Assembly (NCBI GenBank): GCA_016783445.1
Contig: JADHWO010000005.1
Coordinates: 1,707-65,706 of the forward strand
Direction: 5' to 3'
DNA from: Candidatus Aminicenantes bacterium
GTDB taxonomy: Bacteria > Acidobacteriota > Aminicenantia > Aminicenantales > Aminicenantaceae
DNA length: 64,000 nucleotides
Part shown: positions 10,561 to 20,347 of the stretch, piece by piece
How the letters are laid out: each line of letters starts with the position of its first letter
How positions within the stretch are numbered: position 1 is the first letter of the stretch
The notes under the pieces: model-generated
Databases searched by the model: none
What the model was told of the DNA's origin: nothing
Seen by the model: only the letters and a program-made list of their open reading frames with translations
Program-made: the position numbers and the translations under genes

Positions 10561-11583
10561 CTAACCCTTGCTCATAAGCTCTCCCATAAAATTAAGGGAA
10601 GGGATGTTACTGCAGACAATTTTTATGATGGCTGCTGTGGGAACAGATAAGATCATACCAGGAATTCCCCACAACCATCCCCAGAAAAACAGGAAAAAAA
10701 GAACCACAAGTGTACTTAAACCCAGGCTCTGCCCCATTACTCTTGGTTCAATAAAGTTACCCAATGTCATCTGGATTGAGCCCAGTATGATAAAAATCCA
10801 GAATGCTGGCCAGAGCGTCTCAAATTGAAAAACTGCAATAGCCACTGGCAGGGCAGTCGCTATTATGGATCCAATGTTAGGAATATAATTCAGGATAAAT
10901 GTAAAAAAGCCAAAAACAATAGCAAAATCTACTCCAAAAATCAATAGCACAACCGTTGCAAAAACTCCGGTTGAAAAGCTGACTGCTGTTTTTATAGCAA
11001 GGTACTTCTGAATTTGATTATCGATTTTCTCAATAACATCAATAATTTGAGAGGCTCTCCCACTGTTAAAAGAATTTTTTACTTTTACTTTAATATTCCC
11101 CCGTCCAGCCAGAATAAAAATTAGAAAAATGAAGACCAGAAAAAGATTGGACATAAAAGTGAAAAAAGGCCCAAGCGAGGAAAGAAACAATCCTCCAATT
11201 CTATTTATGTCAAGTTGTCCTACCCAATCTTCAGGCTCCCATTCAGGAAGAGCAAGCTTAATTTTTTCTTGAACCGAAGTTATAATCGAGCTGATTTTTT
11301 TTCCGTATTCTGGAAATTCAGAGGCAAAAGACTTACCGCTGGAGTAAAAAAGAATCCCTAAGAGGTATATGATAAAAAAAGCAAGTATAACAATAAATAA
11401 AATAGAAACAGCCCTTGGGATTTTTTTTCGGGTTAAAAAATCCAATATCGGAGAGAGAATAAAGGAAAGAAAAACGGCTAAAAAAAAGGGAAAAAGAACA
11501 GGCTTTGCCAACCGTAATACTACCCCTACGATAAAAATAACCATAATCACAAGGCAGGCAACAATAACTTTATTCCCTTTCAT
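10561..11583 (-). CDS. AI-2E family transporter
   Basis: Multi-TM protein with LNYIPNIG, GNFIEPRVMG, WGWLWGIPGMILSVP. Confidence 0.88.
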   Translation of the reverse strand: MKGNKVIVACLVIMVIFIVGVVLRLAKPVLFPFFLAVFLSFILSPILDFLTRKKIPRAVSILFIVILAFFIIYLLGILFYSSGKSFASEFPEYGKKISSIITSVQEKIKLALPEWEPEDWVGQLDINRIGGLFLSSLGPFFTFMSNLFLVFIFLIFILAGRGNIKVKVKNSFNSGRASQIIDVIEKIDNQIQKYLAIKTAVSFSTGVFATVVLLIFGVDFAIVFGFFTFILNYIPNIGSIIATALPVAIAVFQFETLWPAFWIFIILGSIQMTLGNFIEPRVMGQSLGLSTLVVLFFLFFWGWLWGIPGMILSVPTAAIIKIVCSNIPSLNFMGELMSKG

Positions 11584-11703
11584 CCGATACTCTTCAGCGT
11601 TTAATTCCCAATTATTATAGTCTATTTCAAATTATAATCAAAACAATTCATTTTATAAAGTAAGTAACTTTTTTGCCGTGATGAAGGACTGATCAATCAC
11701 ATT

Positions 11704-12028
11704 ATAAGGGTATTTGGGGATGGATGAAGCGACTTTGAAGATTTAGCCTTCCTGAATCGCTATTTGAGGGAATCCGGCGTAGCCGGACACCGAGTATGTT
11801 TAAACTCAGGCCAGTGGATTCAGAAAACACGCAACTTTTGCCCCAGCGAGTCAAAAGCTGCTCGATTTCAGGCTTCGCTCTCCTCTCCATCATGAAGAGG
11901 AACCATGCCCGCTTTGCCTTCAAACGGTTTTTCTCACCCACTGCCCTTCGTTTATGCTTTGAATAGAATGATGAAGGAATGGCGTTAAAAATCTGAACGG
12001 AAGCTCAGACATTCCCAAATACCCTTAT
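11704..12028. repeat. Structured intergenic repeat, copy 2 (inverted relative to copy 1)
   Basis: Reverse complement aligns to 5514-5846. Own terminal IR ATAAGGGTATTTGGGGATG / CATTCCCAAATACCCTTAT (18/19). Confidence 0.85.
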
Positions 12029-12155
12029 TAATCCACCACGGGAAAAAAGATGCTTCATTTTCCAAACGTTAATACATAAATGGTTCCCTTTTAAGCCATT
12101 TAATCCAGAAGGATTATTATAAAATATTTCTATTGATAAAAAGTTTATCCCAATA

Positions 12156-13070
12156 CTACTTTTTTAAAGAACCGACCAGTTTTCCAAAATACCTCTCTCC
12201 GACTTCTTCAAATCCATCTTTAATTTTCATGACCCCGCATAAATAATTCTCAACTCTAGTCATATATATATTGTGATAGTATCGGTCTTTAATGCGATAT
12301 CCCAAGGAAATTTTCTGGACGTTCTGTTTGCCTTTCTTCTCAAGATATCGTTCCAACATATTCTTGGCATCTTCCGCGTTCTCTCCTTTTATGAAAAAAC
12401 AGTCAAACTCAAGGTCTAAAAGCTTATAATTTGCAAGGTATCCATCATGTAGAAAACTGTAGCCCATAAAATTACGCAGGAAAAACTTCTCGCTGTTTTG
12501 AATGAGCCCTTCATCAGGAAAAAGCTTAAGGAGAGGTGGGAGTTGACCCTTAAACTTGACTTTTTTTGCAACTTCTTGAGAAAAAAGCTTCAGCAGCTTA
12601 TCGGATTCCTCACCACAGTCAAAACAGAGAAGTTTAATGTAGTATTTCCCCACGATAAAATTTAGAGTCCCCTCTTCCAGATAACCCTGATTACCTAAAG
12701 AGATAAATTGGGACTCAGGAAAACGCTCTGCACTGTAGATTCCAAAGGAATTTATCTCATTTCCCATATCATAGATTTCAAGGCTTAGAGAGGGCTCGCT
12801 CTCTTCTTTATTATATAAACCAACGATCAATTCCTTAAAATCATAAGCCAGGTAAATCTCAGCAGCACCATTGATATATTCATAAAGTGTTCCAGGGACA
12901 TAATTCTGAGGTGCTTCAGAGAACTTCCAAGAGCCAAGCTTTGGCAAAAGAGCACGAAGAGAAGAAACTTCCTCTTTATCGAACAGAGCTCCTTTCATGC
13001 TGGAAACTGAAAAAAATAAAATAAAACAAAAGAAAACCTTTAAATATCTTTTTGGCCTTAAAATATTCAT
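12156..13070 (-). CDS. Secreted DUF6599-like hypothetical protein
   Basis: Signal-peptide-like N-terminus from ATG 13070 (GGAG upstream); LYEYINGAAEIY, LEIYDMG, FGIYSAER motifs. Confidence 0.65.
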   Translation of the reverse strand: MNILRPKRYLKVFFCFILFFSVSSMKGALFDKEEVSSLRALLPKLGSWKFSEAPQNYVPGTLYEYINGAAEIYLAYDFKELIVGLYNKEESEPSLSLEIYDMGNEINSFGIYSAERFPESQFISLGNQGYLEEGTLNFIVGKYYIKLLCFDCGEESDKLLKLFSQEVAKKVKFKGQLPPLLKLFPDEGLIQNSEKFFLRNFMGYSFLHDGYLANYKLLDLEFDCFFIKGENAEDAKNMLERYLEKKGKQNVQKISLGYRIKDRYYHNIYMTRVENYLCGVMKIKDGFEEVGERYFGKLVGSLKK

Positions 13071-13268
13071 CTTTAATACTCCATTAATCTTAATCGACTT
13101 TTTAATATAAGATGAAAAATATTTTTTGACAAGGTTTTCTTTCACTCTCTTCTTGTTTTAGATACTGAGCTTAATCTTTTCTGACAAAATCTCTCCAGAG
13201 GAAAATTGTTAACAACAATAACATGAAACAGGCATCTATAATCACCTGTTTTTTCCTGTCTGCCTCTG

Positions 13269-13297
13269 TTGACATCATTTTGAAAGTGGAGTATTTT
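13269..13297 (+). promoter_or_regulatory. Putative sigma70 promoter of the DUF362/radical SAM operon
   Basis: TTGACA-17 bp-TATTTT immediately before ATGATG (13302/13305). Confidence 0.55.
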
Positions 13298-13301
13298 TAT
13301 T

Positions 13302-14198
13302 ATGATGGTTTCAAAAGTTGTTCTAATCAGAGGAAAAGCAGTCTTTTCACGAGATGGGGATATCGATCAAAGAATACTTACTGACATGTTCAACAAGGGA
13401 ATCCAGATATTAATGGGTCAGCAAAATCTGAAAGATAGTCTTAGCCTCCTTTTCAATAGCAATAACAAGGTAGGGATAAAAATTAACACCATAGGCGGTA
13501 AAAAGCTTTCCACCCGCCCGGAAGTCTCCTTTTCACTGGCAAAAGCGCTTTTAACAGCAGGAATCCAGCAAGAAAATATAATCATCTGGGACCGAACCAA
13601 CCGCGAATTGAGAGATGCAGAATACAGGCTAAACCTCAACCAAAGCGGTTTTAAGGTTCTTGGCACTGACACACAAGGAGTAGGCTATGATTCGGAACTG
13701 ACATCTCACCTGAATATTGGAAGTCTTTTCTCCAAGATTCAATCAAAGATGATCACAACTTCCATAAGCCTTGCAATCTTAAAAGACCACGGTATGGCAG
13801 GAGTAACAGCAGGAATGAAAAATTACTTTGGAGCCATTCATAATCCCAACAAATACCATGATACTAACTGTAATCCATTTGTAGCTGAACTTTTCGAAAC
13901 AAAACCAATTAAAAACAAGCATAAACTCACTGTGCTGGACAGCCTTGTTGTTCAATATCATCGAGGACCTTCCTACCATGCTAGGTGGGCAAAAAAATAC
14001 AAAGCTCTTATTTTTTGTCTGGACCCTGTGGCGGCTGACTTTATTGGGTGGCAGATCATAAAAAAACTCAGAGCCGAGAAGGGGCTTCCTTCATTAAGAG
14101 AAGAAAAAAGAGAGCCTGCTTACCTGAAGACTGCTGAAAAAATGGGACTAGGGAAAGCCAATCATAAAGAGATAAAAATAATCGAAGAGGAATTATGA
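13302..14198 (+). CDS. DUF362 domain protein
   Basis: VGIKIN, LKDHGMAGVTAGMKNYFG, DPVAAD motifs. Confidence 0.8.
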   Translation: MMVSKVVLIRGKAVFSRDGDIDQRILTDMFNKGIQILMGQQNLKDSLSLLFNSNNKVGIKINTIGGKKLSTRPEVSFSLAKALLTAGIQQENIIIWDRTNRELRDAEYRLNLNQSGFKVLGTDTQGVGYDSELTSHLNIGSLFSKIQSKMITTSISLAILKDHGMAGVTAGMKNYFGAIHNPNKYHDTNCNPFVAELFETKPIKNKHKLTVLDSLVVQYHRGPSYHARWAKKYKALIFCLDPVAADFIGWQIIKKLRAEKGLPSLREEKREPAYLKTAEKMGLGKANHKEIKIIEEEL

Positions 14199-15328
14199 AA
14201 AGAAGACAGTTTTTCAAAACAGCAGGAGGAGCCACGCTTTTAACAGGGGCAGGCTTGATGAACAAAACGCCTACACTCCTAATGGACCTTTATGCTTTTG
14301 GTGAAGAAGCAAATATCTCAAAAGTTGAAGCGCGATACTATAAAAAACATCCTGACAGGGAGATAGAATGCCTTCTCTGCCCCCGCTACTGCAAACTGGG
14401 AGATAAAGAAAGAGGCTACTGCGGAGTCAGGGAAAATATTGGCGGCACTTATTATACGCTCGTCTACGGAAAAGTTTGTGCAATTCACGTAGACCCTATT
14501 GAAAAAAAACCTCTGTTTCATTACCTGCCTAAAAGCAGTGCCCTATCAATAGCTACAGCAGGTTGTAATGTGAACTGCAAATTCTGCCAGAACTGGGAAA
14601 TATCTCAAGTTAGGGCTGAACAGGTCTATAACTATGACCTCCCTCCTCATTCAGTCGTGGAAAATGCCCAGAAGTACGACTGCCCTGTAATTGCCTATAC
14701 ATACACAGAGCCTGTTGTCTTTTATGAATACATGTACGACACGTCTATAGAAGCCCGTAAAAAGGGGATCAGGAATGTTGTCATCACCGGTGGATACATC
14801 AATCCAGAGCCACTTGAGGAACTGATAAAAGTTGTAGATGGAATTAAAGTGGATCTAAAAGCATTCTCCCAGGAGTTTTATACTTCATATGTCAAAGGAA
14901 AATTAAAACCAGTTCTTGAAGCTATAAAAATTATATCTAAGAGTAATGTCTGGCTGGAAATTGTCTATCTTGTTATCCCAACGCTTAATGATGGCACTGA
15001 AAAAATCCGAGAGATGTGCCAGTGGATTTTAAAAGAGATCGGACCTGATGTTCCTCTACACTTTGCCCGGTTCCATCCCATGTATCTTGTAAAAAACCTC
15101 CCCCCCACTCCGTTATCAACTCTTGAAAGAGTTTATAAAATTGCTCAAAAAGAAGGGCTTCATTACGTGTATATTGGGAACGTTCCCGGACACCGGGCAG
15201 AAAACACATACTGCCCTCAGTGTAAAAAAATCATCATCCAGAGGTCTGGCTACCAGATAAAAAATATCAATCTTACAGGAGGAAGATGCAAATTCTGTAA
15301 CAACCTCATTCCAGGAATCTGGAGTTGA
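14195..15328 (+). CDS. AmmeMemoRadiSam-type radical SAM enzyme with twin-arginine-like N-terminus
   Basis: CLLCPRYC, DPIEKKPLFH, GCNVNCKFCQNWEISQ (CxxxCxxC), HFARFHP, NTYCPQC; N-terminus MKRRQFFK followed by a hydrophobic stretch. Confidence 0.85.
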   Translation: MKRRQFFKTAGGATLLTGAGLMNKTPTLLMDLYAFGEEANISKVEARYYKKHPDREIECLLCPRYCKLGDKERGYCGVRENIGGTYYTLVYGKVCAIHVDPIEKKPLFHYLPKSSALSIATAGCNVNCKFCQNWEISQVRAEQVYNYDLPPHSVVENAQKYDCPVIAYTYTEPVVFYEYMYDTSIEARKKGIRNVVITGGYINPEPLEELIKVVDGIKVDLKAFSQEFYTSYVKGKLKPVLEAIKIISKSNVWLEIVYLVIPTLNDGTEKIREMCQWILKEIGPDVPLHFARFHPMYLVKNLPPTPLSTLERVYKIAQKEGLHYVYIGNVPGHRAENTYCPQCKKIIIQRSGYQIKNINLTGGRCKFCNNLIPGIWS

Positions 15329-17460
15329 TAAACTTTCTTCCGCCTTTTCTTTTAGGTTTCCTGGCACTATCCTTTCAAATTTTTTTATTGAGAGAATTCT
15401 CCGTTCATTTCTACGGAAACGAAATTACTTTTGGATTTATCCTTGCTGCCTGGCTATTGTGGGGTGGCTTGGGAAGCATCTCAGCCTCCAAATTAAAATT
15501 TCATCTCTCACGATTTCCCCAAACATACTATGCTGTAATTCTATTCCTTCCTCTCTGCCTGATCGGACTCAGGTTCTCGCGATTTATCTACAAAACACTC
15601 CCAGGGGAAATCACCGGGATTTTACCGATGTTAATTTCTTCTCTGGTTATTTCTTTTTTTATAAGCTTTCCCCTGGGAATTCTTTTTGTCTTAAATGTTT
15701 TTTTCCTGAAAGGTGATCTTTTTAAGGTTTACCTTCTGGAATCTCTGGGAGCTTCCACAGCAGGATTAGCCGTCTACTTTTTCCTCATACCTGCTTTCTC
15801 CAACTGGTTGGGAGTTTCTATTGTCGGAGTTTCTGTTTCTCTTCTGGTGTTTTTTTCATTTGGAGAAAAAAAACAAATTTATCTCTTATCTATTATCCTC
15901 ATTTTCCTAACCGCTTTTGCCTTATTTGACTTTCCCAGCCAAAAAATATACTGGAAGCCTTTTTTTCTTGTCAGGAGTCAAGACAGCATCTACGGGAAGC
16001 TGCAGGTTATCCAAACCGAGGAGCAGATTTCTCTCTATAACAACAGTTTTCTGGATTATTCTTTTCCAAATCTAGCTGCCTCTGAGGAATCTGTCCACTT
16101 TACTCTTCTCCAGAATCCAGAAGCAAAAAATGTTCTGTTGATTGGCGGAGGAGCAGGTGGAAGTTTAAGGCAGATTCTGAAGTATCCTCAGGTTGAAGTG
16201 GATTATGTCGAGTTAGACCCGGAAATCATTCGACTCTCACTCGAATTTTTGCCTGAGAGTGAGCAAAGGATACTAAAAGACAAACGGGTCCACATATTCT
16301 ATCAGGATGGAAGAGCCTTTCTTAACAAATCTCAGAATAAATACGACATGATTATCCTTAACCTACCCGAACCGGCAACAGCGCAGATAAACCGTTTCTA
16401 TACAAGAGAATTTTTCCTTGAAGCCAGAGAAAAGTTAGGCGAACAAGGCATCTTTTCTTTTCGGATCCCTTCAGCAGAAAATTATATAAGCTTTGAACTT
16501 CAAAACTTCCTTGCCTCGCTGTACTACACCCTCAAAGAAGTGTTCCCTGTTGTTGAAATTGTTCCAGGGAACACAAACATTTTCCTGGCTTCATCTCTTC
16601 CATTAACCATAGAATTTGAAAAGCTTTGCAAAAAAATCAAGGACTTAAACCTCCAGAATACTTATGTCAGCCCCCATATTCTAATTTCTCGCCTTAATCC
16701 GCAAAGAATCAAACTAATCAAAGAAAAGATATACACTGGAAAAAAAACGATTAACCTGGACTTTTCACCTATTGCCTATTTCTATAATTCCGTACTGTGG
16801 AGTACACAGTTTAAAGGTTTAGAGAGGAAAATATTTACTTTTTTTTCAAAACTGCACAGCTTTTGGCTTTTAGACTTACCTTTGATTCTTTTTCTTTCCC
16901 TTCTTCTTATCTTGTGGCTGAAACAAAAGAAATCCACTTTTTTCCTTGTCCCTCTGGCAGTAATGGGTTTTACCACAATCGTTGTTGAAATCATCATGAT
17001 TATCGCCTTTCAAACTCTTTATGGATATGTTTACCGCAGAATTGCTCTCCTCCTCACATCCTTTATGATTGGCCTATTTTTAGGCGCTCTTCGAGGCAAA
17101 AAAAGAAAACGAATTGGTTTAGTGCATCTGCTCTTTATCCAATTTGGTTTTCTACTCCTAATACTCCTGCTCCACATTTTTTTGGAGAAAAATACTCCTG
17201 AACTTTTTTTCTTAATATTTCTTCTTACCCTCGGCTTTCTTGGAGGAGATATGTTTGTTGTTTCAAATCATCTTTTTCTAAAAGAGAGGAAAAACTATGG
17301 CCTTGGCTATGGCTTAGATCTATTAGGTTCTTTCTTTGGTGCACTTGCTGTCTCCTCTCTTCTCATCCCTCTTGTAGGACTCCCTCTGCTTCTCAAATAT
17401 CTTTTGCTCCTTAATTCCTTTTGTTTCATTTTTCTCTTCGGAGGAATGAGAAAATTATAA
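15325..17460 (+). CDS. Membrane-fused spermidine synthase-like (class I SAM-dependent) protein
   Basis: TM blocks at both ends flank VLLIGGGAGG, VELDPEII, DGRAFL, YDMIILNLPEP, FYTREFF. Confidence 0.8.
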   Translation: MINFLPPFLLGFLALSFQIFLLREFSVHFYGNEITFGFILAAWLLWGGLGSISASKLKFHLSRFPQTYYAVILFLPLCLIGLRFSRFIYKTLPGEITGILPMLISSLVISFFISFPLGILFVLNVFFLKGDLFKVYLLESLGASTAGLAVYFFLIPAFSNWLGVSIVGVSVSLLVFFSFGEKKQIYLLSIILIFLTAFALFDFPSQKIYWKPFFLVRSQDSIYGKLQVIQTEEQISLYNNSFLDYSFPNLAASEESVHFTLLQNPEAKNVLLIGGGAGGSLRQILKYPQVEVDYVELDPEIIRLSLEFLPESEQRILKDKRVHIFYQDGRAFLNKSQNKYDMIILNLPEPATAQINRFYTREFFLEAREKLGEQGIFSFRIPSAENYISFELQNFLASLYYTLKEVFPVVEIVPGNTNIFLASSLPLTIEFEKLCKKIKDLNLQNTYVSPHILISRLNPQRIKLIKEKIYTGKKTINLDFSPIAYFYNSVLWSTQFKGLERKIFTFFSKLHSFWLLDLPLILFLSLLLILWLKQKKSTFFLVPLAVMGFTTIVVEIIMIIAFQTLYGYVYRRIALLLTSFMIGLFLGALRGKKRKRIGLVHLLFIQFGFLLLILLLHIFLEKNTPELFFLIFLLTLGFLGGDMFVVSNHLFLKERKNYGLGYGLDLLGSFFGALAVSSLLIPLVGLPLLLKYLLLLNSFCFIFLFGGMRKL

Positions 17461-17584
17461 ATTTTTATCATATTTTCTTGACAGAAATTTTGAATTATGT
17501 TCTACTATAAATTAACCCTTTCATACACTTATCCTATAGTACCTATAGGAAATAGGATCCTATAATTTGAATAAGGAAACTCTG

Positions 17585-17992
17585 ATGAGAATCAACCTCT
17601 CAAAAAGAAATATCAAAGATCCCTTTGTAGTTAAAGTGGAAGAATTAAGCGGCCAGAATCTCCTTGCTTGCTATCAATGCGGCAAGTGTTCGGCTGGATG
17701 CCCTGCAGTCTCTGAAATGGACATCCTTCCCAATCAAATCATCCGTTACGCCCAGCTCGGTTTAAAGAATGAACTCCTGCAATCAAAATCAATCTGGATC
17801 TGCGCTTCCTGTTTTACCTGTAACGCGCGCTGCCCAAAAGGTATTAATATCGCTGAAATTATCGAAGCCATAAGACAGATTTTACTGCGCAAAAGAGAAG
17901 ACCATGTTAATTTAAATAAACTCTCAGACGCAGAAAAAGGAGATGTTCCTCCGATAGCTATCATCAGCAATCTGAGGAAATTTACATCTTAA
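17585..17992 (+). CDS. hdrC: Heterodisulfide reductase subunit C
   Basis: CYQCGKCSAGCP and WICASCFTCNARCP; upstream of hdrB. Alternative start TTG 17567. Confidence 0.88.
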   Translation: MRINLSKRNIKDPFVVKVEELSGQNLLACYQCGKCSAGCPAVSEMDILPNQIIRYAQLGLKNELLQSKSIWICASCFTCNARCPKGINIAEIIEAIRQILLRKREDHVNLNKLSDAEKGDVPPIAIISNLRKFTS

Positions 17993-18044
17993 ATCTAAAC
18001 TATGATAAATAATCACTTTAATATTAATTATATAGGGAATTTTA

Positions 18045-18923
18045 ATGAAAATAAGTTATTATCCTGGTTGTACTCTGAAAAACAATGCTAAAAATTTTGA
18101 AGACTCAACCTTATGTTCCTTAAAAAAACTTGGGATTGAAGTTGAAGAACTTCCACGATGGAACTGTTGTGGAACAGTATTCTCTCTGGCTACTGATGAT
18201 TTGATTCATCACGTAGCTCCTATAAGAAATCTCATCCGAACCAAAGAGTCCAATTCAGAAAAAATTATGACTCTTTGCGCCATGTGTTTTAATACCTTAA
18301 AAAGAGCAAACGAAAGGGTTAAAGCCGATCCAGAGAGCCTGGAAAAAATCAATGATTTTATGTATCTCGAGAAAATCAACTATGAAGGCGATGTTAAGGT
18401 TCTCCACCTCTTGGAGATACTTAGAGATGAAGTAAAATTCGAGAATATTGCCAAAAAAGTGGTTAAACCTTTAAAAAATTTAAAAGTTGCTAACTATTAC
18501 GGATGTCTCCTGGTACGTCCAAAAGAGATTGGCTTAGATGACGTTGAAAATCCGACAATCCTGGAAAATCTCACGACTGTTTTAGGTGCAGATCCTGCAG
18601 ATTTTCCGTTCAAAACCGAATGCTGTGCATCGTATCAAACAGTCGACAAGCCTGAAATTGTGGCTGAAAGAGCTTTCCAAATCCTAACATCAGCTCAATC
18701 ACAGGGCGCTGATGTTGTTGCTGTAAGCTGCCCGCTTTGCGCTTTTAATCTTGACCATAGACAGAAAGAAACTGTTAAAAAATATCCTGAATTCAAAAAT
18801 ATCCCTATTCTCTATTTTTCCCAGATTTTAGCTATTGCATTGAGCTGCCCTGAGGAATCTCTAAGATTTGACCTTCATTTTGTAGATCCAAAACCAATTT
18901 TAAAAGAAAAAGGACTAATCTGA
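18045..18923 (+). CDS. hdrB: Heterodisulfide reductase subunit B
   Basis: YYPGC, WNCCG, YYGCLLVRP, ECCA, CPLC (CCG domains). Confidence 0.92.
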   Translation: MKISYYPGCTLKNNAKNFEDSTLCSLKKLGIEVEELPRWNCCGTVFSLATDDLIHHVAPIRNLIRTKESNSEKIMTLCAMCFNTLKRANERVKADPESLEKINDFMYLEKINYEGDVKVLHLLEILRDEVKFENIAKKVVKPLKNLKVANYYGCLLVRPKEIGLDDVENPTILENLTTVLGADPADFPFKTECCASYQTVDKPEIVAERAFQILTSAQSQGADVVAVSCPLCAFNLDHRQKETVKKYPEFKNIPILYFSQILAIALSCPEESLRFDLHFVDPKPILKEKGLI

Positions 18924-18930
18924 GGAACAA

Positions 18931-19206
18931 ATGACACGTTTTGGCGACTTAAAACCAAAAAAGGGCAAAATCCATATTGAAAAAGACCTGTGCAAAGGAT
19001 GTGGATTCTGCGTGGAATACTGCCCCAAAGATGTCCTTGAACTCTCAGAAGAATTTAATGTTAAAGGGTATCATCCCCCCGTAGTTAAGAATGAGGATGA
19101 TTGCCTTTACTGCCAACTTTGCGAGACAATTTGCCCCGAATTTGCTATATTTGTTACCCAAAAAAAAGAGGAGGAAGAAGGTGAAAAAGGTGAAAGCAGA
19201 CCCTAA
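18931..19206 (+). CDS. 2x[4Fe-4S] ferredoxin, delta subunit of 2-oxoacid:ferredoxin oxidoreductase
   Basis: CKGCGFCVEYCP and CLYCQLCETICPEFAI. Confidence 0.88.
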   Translation: MTRFGDLKPKKGKIHIEKDLCKGCGFCVEYCPKDVLELSEEFNVKGYHPPVVKNEDDCLYCQLCETICPEFAIFVTQKKEEEEGEKGESRP

Positions 19207-20347
19207 AGGAGTTTTAACCGGATCCCATTATTTGGACGGAGATTATGCTCTTGCAGAAGGAGCTCTGGCGGCTGGATGCCGATTCTTCGCGGGCTATCCT
19301 ATCACTCCTTCCACAGAAACCGCTGAAAGATTCTCAGAAAGAATTCCCTCTGTAGGAGGAGTTTTTATCCAGATGGAAGACGAGCTCGCTTCTATTTCAG
19401 CCCTGATTGGAGCTGTCTGGGGAGGAAAAAAAGTAATGACTGTGACCTCCGGCCCGGGCTTTTCTTTGATGATGGAGAATATCGGATTAGCCTGCATGAT
19501 GGAGACTCCTCTTGTGATCGCAAATGTTCAAAGAGGAGGACCTTCGACAGGGCTTCCAACTTTAACAGGACAACAGGATATGATGCAGGCCAGATGGGGT
19601 TCGCACGGAGATTACGAAATCATTGCTCTTTCCCCTGACTCTCCTCAGGAGTGTTTTGACCTTACGATCGAAGCTTTCAATTTATCTGAAACATTCCGTG
19701 TTCCTACCTTTGTTATGACAGATGAGTGTGTGGGCCACATGCATGAGAAAGTTGTCATCCCTCCAGCTGACAAGATCGAACTGGTTGAAAGAAAATGGTA
19801 CAAAGGCCCTAAAGATAAATATCTTCCTTACAAACTTGATAAAGATCAAATCCCATTTATGATCAAAGCGGGTGATGACTATCGATTTCACACAACAGGA
19901 TTAACGCACGATGAACGCGGCTATCCCGTTATTAATGCCGAATGCCAGGATGTCTGTGTCCGTCATCTTGTGGATAAAATTACTACAAATGCGGATAAAA
20001 TCATTAGAACCGAAGAAGAGGAGATAGATACCGCGGAAATCATAGTCATTTCTTACGGAATAACTTCAAGGGTCACAACAAAAGCTGTACAGCAAGCCAG
20101 AAAAGCCGGCATAAAAGTTGGGACTATCAGGCTTATCACTGTCTGGCCCTTCCCAGAGAAGCGAATTAAAGAGCTTGCGAAAAAAGTCAAAGCATTTGTT
20201 GTTCCTGAAATCAATTACGGCCAAATTGTCTTGGAAGTTGAGCGATGCGCTGGAGGTCAAGCCCCGGCTATTCTCGTCCCCCACTGCGGGGGGGGGGTCC
20301 ACGATCCAGATGATATCTTCAGCGCAATCAAGGAGGCTGCAAAATGA
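19181..20347 (+). CDS. 2-oxoacid:ferredoxin oxidoreductase alpha subunit (KorA-like)
   Basis: FAGYPITPS, QMEDE, TSGPGFSLM, VQRGGPSTGLPT. Start set at GTG 19181. Confidence 0.9.
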   Translation: MKKVKADPKGVLTGSHYLDGDYALAEGALAAGCRFFAGYPITPSTETAERFSERIPSVGGVFIQMEDELASISALIGAVWGGKKVMTVTSGPGFSLMMENIGLACMMETPLVIANVQRGGPSTGLPTLTGQQDMMQARWGSHGDYEIIALSPDSPQECFDLTIEAFNLSETFRVPTFVMTDECVGHMHEKVVIPPADKIELVERKWYKGPKDKYLPYKLDKDQIPFMIKAGDDYRFHTTGLTHDERGYPVINAECQDVCVRHLVDKITTNADKIIRTEEEEIDTAEIIVISYGITSRVTTKAVQQARKAGIKVGTIRLITVWPFPEKRIKELAKKVKAFVVPEINYGQIVLEVERCAGGQAPAILVPHCGGGVHDPDDIFSAIKEAAK

